Source of the DNA: an uncultured delta proteobacterium
GTDB lineage: Bacteria; Desulfobacterota; Desulfobacteria; Desulfobacterales; SG8-13
Direction: 5' to 3'
Length of the DNA: 64,000 nucleotides
Assembly (NCBI GenBank): GCA_963848135.1
Contig: CAWKCK010000017.1
Location: 62,001-126,000 of the forward strand
Shown: one piece after another, positions 52,049-61,913 of the stretch
How the letters are laid out: the number at the start of each line of letters is the position of its first letter
How positions within the stretch are numbered: position 1 is the stretch's first letter
Translations under genes and position numbers: made by a program
The notes under the pieces: generated by a model
Seen by the model: only the letters and a program-made list of their open reading frames with translations
The model's database searches: none
What the model was told of the DNA's origin: nothing

Positions 52049-53026
52049 CTAACGGAAGACACGCTTCCAGTCGCGCTGCATGTCCACGACGGTCCAGCCG
52101 TTTTCTTCCGCCGTCTCGAGGGCCTTGTCGAGACGACCGATGGTAGAATTCCTGTCATAGGCATATTCTCGCTCAGCATCGGTGTGGTGGACGATCAAGG
52201 CGAAGCGCAACCCCGACCCGGCTGCCGTCCATTGCAGCATTTGCAAATCGCCGTCGGAGTTCCCGAAGGCGGCAATGGGCTGTCGGCCGATGTGCCGGTT
52301 GATGCCTACCGGCTTGCCGGCCTTGTCGTCGATGAAGTCGATTTCCGGCAAGCGGATGAGAATGGGTTTGCCGTCGCGAATTTCGAATGTGGTTTCGATG
52401 CTGCTGCCGATCACTTGTTCGGGTGGTATGCCGTATATCTCTTCGGTCCAGGGCCTCATAAACTCGATGCCCCCACCGGAGACGATGAAAGTTTTGAAGC
52501 CATTCGCCCGCAAGTAGGCGAGCACCTCGAGCATCGGTTGGTAGACGAGGTCGGTGTAGGGCCGTTTAAATCGCGGGTGTTTTGCCGCGCCCAGCCACTC
52601 CTTGGTCGTTTGAGCGAACGCGTCAGTGGTCATACCGGCGTGCGTCGCCATAATCAGCTCCAGTAGTGCGTGCTCGCCGCCGGCCGCGACGGTTTTGAGA
52701 TCGCCCTCGAGGGCAGCTTTGAAGGGCTGTTTGTCCTTCCATTCGGGGTGGACCGGTGCCAGCGCCTTGACACGGTCGAGCGCGAATGCCAGCTGGACGT
52801 ACATCGGTTGTTCGATCCACAGGGTGCCGTCATTGTCGAACACGGCAATGCGTTCCGGTTCGGGTACGAATTCTTCGCTGCCAATCCTGGTAACGCGCTG
52901 CACAAAATCGACGATGGCCTGTTTGGCTGGGCCATCGTTCCAAGACGGAAGGTCGTCGGCCGCCATAACCACCGGAGCCAACGATAGAATCACGATCAGC
53001 GTCATCATCAGAAAGTTGTTTCTCAT
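52049..53026 (-). CDS. Exported HAD-family hydrolase (nonspecific acid phosphatase-like)
   Basis: Signal peptide, LPSWNDG, FDNDGTLW, IVSGGG, GKPVGI and FGNSDGD. Confidence 0.88.
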   Translation of the reverse strand: MRNNFLMMTLIVILSLAPVVMAADDLPSWNDGPAKQAIVDFVQRVTRIGSEEFVPEPERIAVFDNDGTLWIEQPMYVQLAFALDRVKALAPVHPEWKDKQPFKAALEGDLKTVAAGGEHALLELIMATHAGMTTDAFAQTTKEWLGAAKHPRFKRPYTDLVYQPMLEVLAYLRANGFKTFIVSGGGIEFMRPWTEEIYGIPPEQVIGSSIETTFEIRDGKPILIRLPEIDFIDDKAGKPVGINRHIGRQPIAAFGNSDGDLQMLQWTAAGSGLRFALIVHHTDAEREYAYDRNSTIGRLDKALETAEENGWTVVDMQRDWKRVFR

Positions 53027-53122
53027 GTTTGTTTCTCCTGATTGCACACCCCATCGGTAAGCGCCGTGTCCACGTTGGACACGGCGGGAAAATAGCGTCA
53101 AATACAGATCTGATTTTAGGAC

Positions 53123-54685
53123 TTATTGCGCGCCACTGGGGACCTGTATCTTTTCCATCACCTGATCGAGGCTGAAACTGGCGGCCTTCTGGCGCGGCGG
53201 AAACTCCTTGAACGTTGCCAGGAAATTGCCGACATAGGCCTGGGCCGGCACCAACAGGAAGGCACGGTCGAGTAACCAATCATAGTAAGTGTTGGACGTG
53301 ATCTCCGCCCGCTCGTAAGGGTCACGCCGCAGGTTTTCCATCAACGGTACACGCAACGGCACGAAAGGCTCCATCCAGACGCGGAAGGTTCCCTGGGCTT
53401 TCTGCTCCATAAAGATCATCTTCCAGTCGGCATACCGAAGGGCCGTCAGATCACCGTCGTCTGAAAAATAGAAGATCTCTTTGCGGGGACTCTTTTCCTC
53501 CTGGTTTTGAAGCATTGGCAGGATGTTGTAGCCGTCCAGGTGTACCTTGTACGATCGATTGATCGCCTTGACGCCACCTTGTTTAAGCTTGTCTTTGATG
53601 TCCGGATCACCGGCCGCTGCCAGGAATGTCGGCAGCCAGTCCATGTGGTGAACGATTTCATTGCTAACCGAACCGGTCGGGATCTTTCCGGGCCAGCGCA
53701 CCATGGCCGGAACGCGCCAACCGCCTTCCCAGTTGGTATTTTTCTCTCCCCGGAAAGGTGTGGCCGCTGCATCCGGCCAGGTGTTGTAATGGGGACCGTT
53801 GTCGGTGGAGTAAAAAACGATCGTGTTGTCTGCGATGCCCAGCTCGTCGAGCTTTTTAAGGAACTTGCCGATGTGCATGTCGTGTTCCACCATGCCGTCG
53901 GCGTATTCATCCTGGCCGGATATACCGCGCAGCTCTTCCTTCACGTGGGTGCGGAAGTGCATCCGCGTGCCGTTCCACCAGAGAAAGAACGGCTTGCCGG
54001 CCTTGTGCTGCTTCTCGATGAAGGCAATGGCGGCGTCCGAGGTCTCGTCATCCACCGTTTCCATCCGTTTTTTGGTCAACGGGCCGGTGTCTTCTATTTT
54101 CTGGGTGCCGTCCGCGTTGGCCCAGGAATGGATCACGCCCCGGGGCCCGAATTTCTTGCGGAACTCGGGATTTTTGGGGTAGTCCTCGTTCTCGGGCTCT
54201 TCCTCGGCGTTCAGATGGTAGAGGTTGCCGAAGAACTCGTCGAAACCGTGGTTGGTGGGCAGGTGCTCGTCCTTGTCGCCGAGGTGGTTCTTCCCGAATT
54301 GGCCGGTGGCGTAACCCTGCGCCTTGAGAAGTCCGGCAATGGTCGGATCCTCCGTCCGCATGCCGATCTCGGCCCCCGGCAAACCCACCTTGGACAAACC
54401 CGTGCGGAACACGCTCTGCCCCGTGATAAACGAGGCCCGGCCCGCGGTGCAGGACTGCTCGCCGTAGTAATCGGTAAAAATCATGCCTTCCTTGGCGATG
54501 CGGTCGATGTTGGGCGTCCGATAGCCCACCAGCCCCATGGTATAGGCGCTAATATTGGACTGGCCGATATCATCACCCCATACCACAAGGATGTTCGGTT
54601 GGTTGGCGGCAAGCGATGCTACCGCAAAGATACAGAAGAATAAGGATACGCCGATTCCGGCAATAACGCATCTAAGAAGTTTCAT
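53123..54685 (-). CDS. Arylsulfatase (Cys-type, formylglycine-dependent)
   Basis: Signal peptide, PNILVVWGDD, SCTAGRASFITG (CxAxR), GKNHLG, TDNG and WEGGWRVP. Confidence 0.93.
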   Translation of the reverse strand: MKLLRCVIAGIGVSLFFCIFAVASLAANQPNILVVWGDDIGQSNISAYTMGLVGYRTPNIDRIAKEGMIFTDYYGEQSCTAGRASFITGQSVFRTGLSKVGLPGAEIGMRTEDPTIAGLLKAQGYATGQFGKNHLGDKDEHLPTNHGFDEFFGNLYHLNAEEEPENEDYPKNPEFRKKFGPRGVIHSWANADGTQKIEDTGPLTKKRMETVDDETSDAAIAFIEKQHKAGKPFFLWWNGTRMHFRTHVKEELRGISGQDEYADGMVEHDMHIGKFLKKLDELGIADNTIVFYSTDNGPHYNTWPDAAATPFRGEKNTNWEGGWRVPAMVRWPGKIPTGSVSNEIVHHMDWLPTFLAAAGDPDIKDKLKQGGVKAINRSYKVHLDGYNILPMLQNQEEKSPRKEIFYFSDDGDLTALRYADWKMIFMEQKAQGTFRVWMEPFVPLRVPLMENLRRDPYERAEITSNTYYDWLLDRAFLLVPAQAYVGNFLATFKEFPPRQKAASFSLDQVMEKIQVPSGAQ

Positions 54686-55250
54686 TATGGTCACCTTCGT
54701 AAGTTCATGAAAGTGGCGCCCTTATTCCACCGTTGCAATTCGGCCACGCGGCGGCATAGGGTTACCTTACTCTCAAATCTTTAGTCTGAATGCTTCATGT
54801 AAATTTTCCGCCTGGGTTATATTTCGATACGTCCACGATGCGCAGGAGATAGGACTGACAGGCATTCAAGCAGCGCTGAGTCCATCTTCATAGAAGGTAC
54901 CTAAAACCACGCATGGAATATTCGTCGTCCGGGCGCGGGTCTCGCGCGAATGGTGTCCGTCATTTTATTTGGCCCGATCTTTTGCCTTCATTCCTGGGTG
55001 GGCACTTCTCCAACAGAGGCATCGATCGATGGGCTATGTTTTAGTAAATTTATCTTGGCGGTTAGGCCGGATTCAATGCACTGATTGACTGGTGTAGTCC
55101 CCTTAGACAAGAACAGAAATGTACGCTCTCAGATCTAACATGTTAGACAAATCTAAGGCATTATGGGAAAGGGTCAACCGCTGGATAAAAAAAAGAGTTA
55201 TCGTGATGCGGTTGACCAGAGTCCGCTATCCAGTCATGTAAGGGCATTCG

Positions 55251-55508
55251 CCCGAATATTTCATGAAATCTTTTCTACACTATAAGTAAATTTACGAAAT
55301 TTTAGATACTTGAACTGAAATTGAAGCATAATCGTCAGGGTACAGTTTGCATCTTATGATATTTAGAGAAAAGAAGAAAAGATTTCACCCCTTGGGCACT
55401 CCCTGAGGCATACATTGACCGCGATATCAACGGCTTGCAGTAGTTATACTACGGCTGCACCCTTGTGTGCCTTGCCAATGAACCCCTCAGGGGCATGAAA
55501 TATCCGGG
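55251..55508. repeat. MITE/REP-like element with 15-bp terminal inverted repeats
   Basis: CCCGAATATTTCATG 55251-55265 / CATGAAATATCCGGG 55494-55508 (14/15 match); internal GTAG-TTATA-CTAC hairpin and CCTTG. Confidence 0.6.
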
Positions 55509-55531
55509 TTTGAGTAAAATGACTTATCGGC

Positions 55532-56623
55532 TCATTTTTTAACGACATACCAGTTGTTCTGAATGTCGTGCGCCAATTGATTCGTCACGATCGACTTGAA
55601 ACCGGCTTTCTCAAGGTATTCCCGCGCTTTTTCTTCACCCCACATGGCACCCAGCCCTTCACCACCCTGTGATAGAGAAACCGTCATGCAGTGCATGGTC
55701 GATATAGTATAGATGAACGTGCCGATCGGGTGGTCGACATTTTTGTAGACGTGGCTCGATCCCCTGATGTCCTGCATCAAGTAAACGCCGTCGGGTTTCA
55801 GTGCACGGTGAATGCCTTTGAGCACGTTGAGCGGTTTGATCTGATCGTGTATGGCGTCAAAAGACATGATAAGATCGAAAGCCCCAGGATCCGCTGATTC
55901 ATCGAAATCACTTAAGTCACGAACGATAAACGTGACATTCCTCAAGCCTTTTTGTGTTACATCGGTGCGGGCCGTACCGATCGCCTCCACGGATATATCC
56001 ATCCCGGTAAACCGGCTGTTCGGATAGAGTTCGGCCAACCGGATCAGTATTCGCCCACTGCCGCAACCGATATCCAAAACATCAATGCCTTTATCAAGCT
56101 GGTCGGCTAGGCCGGGGACGAGCGGAAGCACGTGCGACTCGAGTGACGAGAGCACAGACTGCCCGCTGTCTTCTGCCATTACGGCGTGGAATCTCAGGAA
56201 ATCGTCATACGGAACACCGCCGCCTCTTTTAAAACATTCGACGATCTTGTCTTCCACAGAACCCAGCAGGCCGATGTACTGGGTGAAAACAGCAAAATTG
56301 TCTGCACCCGCCGCTCGGGTCAAAAATGCGGCGTGTTCAGACGGCAATGTATATTTGGTGCTCGTCGGATCGACATCGATCACTCCGGCCGTGACCATGG
56401 CTCCCAACCATTCCCGGACGTAGCGCTCGTTCAAGCCGGAGGCTTTCGCCACCTCCTCCGAGGTCGAAGACGGCAGTGCGCTCATGGTATCAAAAATCCC
56501 CGTGCGATGCCCGATAGACATCATCAACGACAATGAGCCGTAATTGAGCGCTGTTAAAAGTTTTTCTGAAAAGGCCTCGGCCTTGTCGGGGTCGAACTTC
56601 TTTTCTATATCTTGTGAAGTCAT
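55532..56623 (-). CDS. Class I SAM-dependent methyltransferase with an N-terminal wHTH (Rv2258c-like)
   Basis: GLNERYVREWL, VLDIGCGSG, FDAIHD and STMHCMTVSL..GGEGLGAMWG. GGAGG RBS. Confidence 0.88.
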   Translation of the reverse strand: MTSQDIEKKFDPDKAEAFSEKLLTALNYGSLSLMMSIGHRTGIFDTMSALPSSTSEEVAKASGLNERYVREWLGAMVTAGVIDVDPTSTKYTLPSEHAAFLTRAAGADNFAVFTQYIGLLGSVEDKIVECFKRGGGVPYDDFLRFHAVMAEDSGQSVLSSLESHVLPLVPGLADQLDKGIDVLDIGCGSGRILIRLAELYPNSRFTGMDISVEAIGTARTDVTQKGLRNVTFIVRDLSDFDESADPGAFDLIMSFDAIHDQIKPLNVLKGIHRALKPDGVYLMQDIRGSSHVYKNVDHPIGTFIYTISTMHCMTVSLSQGGEGLGAMWGEEKAREYLEKAGFKSIVTNQLAHDIQNNWYVVKK

Positions 56624-56985
56624 GGGGTTCACCTCCGTATGGCTCTGTTTTCGATTTTGAGACTGCTTGTTCCGACTGGCAGACAACTTGCCCAGGCCGC
56701 ATGGATAACAATAAGACCAGGTTATTAATTTGCCAATGCCCGATCGTTTACGATCGTGACGCCACGGAAAAAACGGCGACACCCTTTGCGTGCTATGCTT
56801 TCTGGATACCTTTTTGCTATGAGGATCAATGGTTGATAAGTGCAGTCGGGACGGTGAGCGAAGCGGATGGGACAGAGGGATGAGAAAATAAACGTTGAAT
56901 GGTGGCGGTTAATTTTGTTAGCCTCTATTTTTTGCATTGGGCGCAATCATTCTATTGTTGAAGATAACAAAAGCAAGGCAGAATT

Positions 56986-57801
56986 ATGGACAGTAAAGAA
57001 TCTCTTCGATGGCGGCATACTCTACACGAGGTTATTTTTGAAGCAGACACACCGGCAGGCAAACTTTTCGATGTTTTGCTGATTGTCTCGATTGTCGTCA
57101 GCGTTGTGCTGGTGATGCTGGATAGTGTCAGCAACATTCGCACCGTTTACGGCCGACAGCTGTATATCGGGGAATGGATTTTCACTTTATTGTTCACCGT
57201 GGAATACCTTTTGCGACTGCTGTGTGTCGGTCGACCGTTGGCATACGCCACCAGTTTCTTCGGTGTCGTCGATCTTCTGGCAATCCTACCGACCTATTTG
57301 AGCATTTTTTTCCCGGGTTCCCAGTATCTTCTGGTTATCCGATTGTTACGCGTTCTGCGAATTTTTCGTGTGCTCAAACTCGTGCCCTATGTCGGAGAGG
57401 CGCGCCTGCTGATGCAGGCCCTGCAGGCCAGCCGCCGCAAGATAACCGTGTTTCTGTTCACCGTGATGATTCTGGTGGTCATTTTCGGCGCACTGATGTA
57501 TTTAATCGAGGATCCCGACAGCGGCTTCACCAGTATCCCGCAGAGCATTTATTGGGCGATCGTAACGTTGACAACTGTCGGCTATGGCGATATCTCCCCC
57601 CAAACCAATCTGGGCCAGCTTCTCGCGGCACTGATCATGGTGACCGGGTATAGTATCCTGGCGGTTCCCACCGGGATTGTGACCGTCGAGATGGCGCAGT
57701 CCTTCAAGCGGAAAGTGTCGACTCAGGCTTGCCCCGAGTGCAGCGCCGAAGGACACGATGCGGATGCCAGGCACTGCAAATATTGCGGAGAAAAACTGTG
57801 A
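56986..57801 (+). CDS. Voltage-gated potassium channel (6TM) with a C-terminal Cys-rich ribbon
   Basis: S4 segment RLLRVLRIFRVLK, selectivity filter TTVGYGD and CPEC...CKYC. Confidence 0.92.
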   Translation: MDSKESLRWRHTLHEVIFEADTPAGKLFDVLLIVSIVVSVVLVMLDSVSNIRTVYGRQLYIGEWIFTLLFTVEYLLRLLCVGRPLAYATSFFGVVDLLAILPTYLSIFFPGSQYLLVIRLLRVLRIFRVLKLVPYVGEARLLMQALQASRRKITVFLFTVMILVVIFGALMYLIEDPDSGFTSIPQSIYWAIVTLTTVGYGDISPQTNLGQLLAALIMVTGYSILAVPTGIVTVEMAQSFKRKVSTQACPECSAEGHDADARHCKYCGEKL

Positions 57802-58084
57802 GATACTCTCCATGTGAAAGTTTCCATAGGGCAAAAAAATGCCCCCCCTGCAACAAACTTCAGCGTATTCAACCGGTTGTTGATTACTAACTATTGCCCA
57901 TCCACGAAAATTGTTCGTTGATAAATAAACGGGGGATATCCAAAACGAATGCCTCGAAATTTATCAGAAACTGAAAATGCAGATGTTGCCAAGAGCTTAA
58001 GATGGCCTTCGGTTTGAAAACTTCTCGCCCATCTATTCATTTATAGCCAAGCCAGTTTGTGGAGGCTGTATTGGAAGCTGATCA

Positions 58085-58498
58085 TTGGAGACTTTTATAA
58101 AAATTTTGCCCATTATCATTGTATTCCTTGTTGTATTTCTCGTTAGGGAAGTCATCTCGTTTTACAAGTATCTTAAATATTGCCAACTTCATGAAGCAGC
58201 CAAGACCGACAATATCGATAAGGTTCGAAAGCTACTGAAAAAGGGACACCCTGTGAACGCATTGGACTCAAGGTTAGGATTGACGCCACTTCATTTTGCC
58301 GTGCGAAACGGTCGTGTGGAGGTTGCCCAGTTGCTCATTGAAAATGGCGCCAGTCTCACCCAACCATCAACCCAAGGTATAACACCTCTTGATTGGTTTT
58401 CAGAGTATCTTGAGCCCAACCAGCGCAACGCTCTGTTGCGTTTTGCCGCTGGTGACAGGGACGCCCATGATATTCAGGACCAAAATCTGCACATGTAA
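58085..58498 (+). CDS. Membrane-anchored ankyrin-repeat protein
   Basis: N-terminal TM; LHEAA, GLTPLHFAVRNGRVEVAQLLIENGA and GITPLD. Confidence 0.8.
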   Translation: METFIKILPIIIVFLVVFLVREVISFYKYLKYCQLHEAAKTDNIDKVRKLLKKGHPVNALDSRLGLTPLHFAVRNGRVEVAQLLIENGASLTQPSTQGITPLDWFSEYLEPNQRNALLRFAAGDRDAHDIQDQNLHM

Positions 58499-58688
58499 CT
58501 TTTCTGCAAGCCACTTCGCCAAGAACATTGAGACATTGACTGATTATTCAGGGGTCACAAACCATTTCCGAATGGCATGCCCAATCTTTGATAAATTGTT
58601 TTTCAAAGAGGATATTCTTATGTTAATATGCATACAATGTTTAATAGATTTAATAGCTTCCCTAAAATACCTGCTGGGAGATTAAAAC

Positions 58689-59048
58689 ATGAATTATGCC
58701 AAAACCTCCAGAAATGATTTTTCCGCTAATGATAGAGTCGAAAGTATTCTTCTCGAATCGAAAAGATTTAGGGAAGCATGCGCAAAGACGATGAAAATAT
58801 CTAAGGCACTTTCGGATGCTTCTTCACGCAAAATCGATGAGAACCAGATGCATCTGGAACAGTCCATTATTTTAAAAGAGGAGATAATTGCAAATAAATG
58901 CGAAGCCATTTCGATAGCGAAACATGCGATTAAGGGAAAAAAGATCCATGATTTCTACCCTGTTCACCGCAGCTGTAATGAAGAACTAAAAATGGTTGAA
59001 GAAATGCTTGCAGAGTTGGAAAAAATATCCTATTTCAAACGACAATAA
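58689..59048 (+). CDS. Hypothetical helical protein
   Basis: GGGAG RBS; 119 aa; AT-rich. Confidence 0.5.
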   Translation: MNYAKTSRNDFSANDRVESILLESKRFREACAKTMKISKALSDASSRKIDENQMHLEQSIILKEEIIANKCEAISIAKHAIKGKKIHDFYPVHRSCNEELKMVEEMLAELEKISYFKRQ

Positions 59049-59396
59049 AATCCTACAAGACTTACGGAAAGAATTCTTAGCGCTGTCTTTTGTACCTAAA
59101 TCTATCTGATATCATCTATTAGAAATATTGTTACTTTAAAACCGAAACAATGGACTGAAGAAAATTTGCTTCCGCCGCGCTCAATCCCTGCAACTTCCCG
59201 TTCCTGTCCTTAAATCTACCTGTTATATGAAAATTCGCTCAATTTGGGTAGAAACTATATCAAAAACAAATCCGATATACGGAAGGGATGGTATAAGTGG
59301 TTGTAGAATAAAGCGCTCGAATAATCGAACGCTTTTCGACAACCACTATACATGAAAGATTGACAGGCGTCTCACGCTTTTCTTTACCCTTGCCGA

Positions 59397-59978
59397 CTAA
59401 GGTTCGATCTTCGTTCCCAGAACTTCCAGGAAGGCTGCCAACCATTGCGGGTGTGCCGGCCAAGCCGGGGCGGTAACCAAGTTGCCGTCCCGATGGGCGC
59501 TGTCGACAGCGATGTCCATGAATTCGCCCCCGGCCTCTTTGACATCCGGACCCACAGCCGGGTATGCTGAACAACTGCGACCCTTTAGGACGCCGGCAGC
59601 GGCGAGAACCTGGGCGCCGTGGCAGACGGCGGCAATCGGTTTGGCCGCTTCGGCGAAATGGCGCACGATTTGAATGACACGTTGATTGAGTCGGATATAC
59701 TCGGGTGCCCGACCGCCGGGGATGACCAGAGCATCGTACCCTTCGGCTTGGATTTCGTCGAAGCTGGCGTTGAGTGCGAAATTGTGTCCTGGTTTTTCGC
59801 TGTATGTCTGGTCGCCCTCGAAGTCGTGTACCGCCGTCCGGACCGTTTCACCGGCTTTTTTATCGGGACACACCGCATGCACCGTGTGTCCGACCATCTG
59901 CAGGGCCTGAAACGGTACCATCACCTCGTAATCCTCCACAAAGTCACCAACCAGCATGAGAATTTTCTTGGCACTCAT
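59397..59978 (-). CDS. DJ-1/PfpI family protein
   Basis: [22 protein letters not shown] (nucleophilic Cys) and NLVTAPAWP. Confidence 0.92.
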   Translation of the reverse strand: MSAKKILMLVGDFVEDYEVMVPFQALQMVGHTVHAVCPDKKAGETVRTAVHDFEGDQTYSEKPGHNFALNASFDEIQAEGYDALVIPGGRAPEYIRLNQRVIQIVRHFAEAAKPIAAVCHGAQVLAAAGVLKGRSCSAYPAVGPDVKEAGGEFMDIAVDSAHRDGNLVTAPAWPAHPQWLAAFLEVLGTKIEP

Positions 59979-60461
59979 TTAATCCTCCTTTAGTTTAGAT
60001 TGTTTCATGAACGCTGAAGCCATATCCTGTAAGGACAAGTGTGGGAACACCTCCCGCCCGCGTGTGTGGGAAACCGGGTGGTGATGAAGAAACATACGAA
60101 AGGAGACGAGACCATACCTCCAGACGGATCGGCCGCAATATCACTACCCCACATCTTAAAAGGAATCTAATCAATCGCCCACAGTGAAGTCAATTGAATG
60201 AAACTATAAAGGGTAAACGATGCAAGCTTGAGAAATGATTCAATGATCTCTGGTAAAGTCGAAGGAATGGTTTGTGCAGCCGCTCAAAGCGGACTTTTAA
60301 AACTGATTATTCCGGACACAACCAACCTGTCATTGAATTATAATAATCATCATCTCCAGTCGTTGTTGACTCCTGGAACTGTTAAAATCTATGAGCCTCC
60401 ACAACAAAGGTTGGCGATTACAGATGATTATTTTGCCGGCAAGGACACACCTGTCCCAAAA

Positions 60462-61913
60462 TCAATCGTGGGCAACGGTTTGAATCAAAACTTTTGTTTT
60501 CGCTTCTCCCATTTCCGAAGGCGTCATCCAGCCTCCCCCCAGCGCCTTGTACAGATTCACATAGGCATTCAAATAACTCTGATTCAATTCGGAATACTGC
60601 AACTGCACATTGAAAAGGGACCGTTCCGTTTCCAAGACCTCCAGATAACTACTGAAGCCCTTGTCGTAACGGGCATTCGACAGCATATTGGCATTCTTTG
60701 CGGCTTTGAGCTGGTTCCCTACTGCGGCGATTTGCCTTTTATACGTCTCGATTCCCACCAGAGCGTCCTCGACTTCCCGAAAAGCATTCAGGACCGTGTT
60801 TTCGTATTGGAAAAGTACTTGTTTGGTGAGGGCCTTTTCAATGTCAACCCGTTGGATATTCTTGCCGAATTCGTAGATCGGCCCCAACAGGCCGGCACCG
60901 ACCGACCAAAAACCTCCCGATGACGTCAAGCCGCCCAACTCCGTACTGGCGACACCCAGCGCACCTGTCAGCGAAATCGCCGGAAAACGCAACGCCTCGG
61001 CAACACCAATAAGTTCGGTCTGGGCTTTGAGAAGATACATGGTCTCGAGGACATCGGGCCGGCGTTCAAGGAGCGTGGACGGCAGACCGGTGGGAATATC
61101 CGGGGGGAGGATCTGGTTGTTCAGTTCTATCCCCGTCTTTATGCTTTCGGGGAGTCGACCCAGCAAAATGCTCAGGGCATTTTCGGTTTGGGCAATTGAT
61201 CTCTGATATAGTGGTATCGCGGCTGCGGCAATTTCCTTCTGAATCTGGGCCTGGTTCAGGTCGAGTTCGGGAATGATACCCTTGTCGAAACGCTGCTGAA
61301 TGATGTCAAGGCTCTTCAGCCGGGATTTGAACGTATTTTGAGAAATGGCCAACCGTTGATGAAAATCGAGCAGCACATAATAGGTGTTGACGACATCTGC
61401 CACGAGGCTGAGCTGCACCGTTCTGAGGCCATACTCAGAGGCGATAAGCTCGGCTCTGGCCGATTCAGTAGCCCGGCGAAATTTGCCCCACAAGTCGATT
61501 TCCCAGCTTAACGGTGCCGCGATATAAACTGTCGAATCGGTAGTATCCGATCGTGCCGAGCCGATAAAATTCCCGGCACTGGCCCCGCCCTGGACAGCGA
61601 GACCCGGGTACTGGTCGGCCCGTGTAAAGCCGACAACCGCACGGGCCTGCTCGATACGGGCGACAGCGATTTTAAGATCCCGGTTGTTCTCAAGGGCCGT
61701 CGTCACAAGGGTGTAGAGAACCGGATCTTTGAAAAGCTCCCACCACTTTAGGTCCTCCGCGGTTGCAACTGGCATCGTATCGAGCCGGTAGCTTTCGGGA
61801 GATTCAACAACAGGTTTTCTAAAATCAGGCCCCACGGCACAACCTGCTAGAACAATCGATGCCCATGCGACCAAAATCTTAAATGCTGTTTTGGTTTGAA
61901 CAAAATTAATCAT
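60462..61913 (-). CDS. RND efflux outer-membrane lipoprotein (NodT/OprM family)
   Basis: LAGC lipobox, WWELFKDP, WEIDLWG, PSTLLERRPD and LYKALGGGW. Confidence 0.93.
   Translation of the reverse strand: MINFVQTKTAFKILVAWASIVLAGCAVGPDFRKPVVESPESYRLDTMPVATAEDLKWWELFKDPVLYTLVTTALENNRDLKIAVARIEQARAVVGFTRADQYPGLAVQGGASAGNFIGSARSDTTDSTVYIAAPLSWEIDLWGKFRRATESARAELIASEYGLRTVQLSLVADVVNTYYVLLDFHQRLAISQNTFKSRLKSLDIIQQRFDKGIIPELDLNQAQIQKEIAAAAIPLYQRSIAQTENALSILLGRLPESIKTGIELNNQILPPDIPTGLPSTLLERRPDVLETMYLLKAQTELIGVAEALRFPAISLTGALGVASTELGGLTSSGGFWSVGAGLLGPIYEFGKNIQRVDIEKALTKQVLFQYENTVLNAFREVEDALVGIETYKRQIAAVGNQLKAAKNANMLSNARYDKGFSSYLEVLETERSLFNVQLQYSELNQSYLNAYVNLYKALGGGWMTPSEMGEAKTKVLIQTVAHD

Noticed and set aside
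53507..54643. 378-aa + strand ORF (also 34633-35718, 1854-2759 and 12014-12826)
   Set aside because: These are antisense shadows of well-supported genes, as expected in GC-rich coding DNA.
60228..60923. 231-aa + strand ORF
   Set aside because: Mostly antisense to the efflux lipoprotein gene; TTG start and no motifs.
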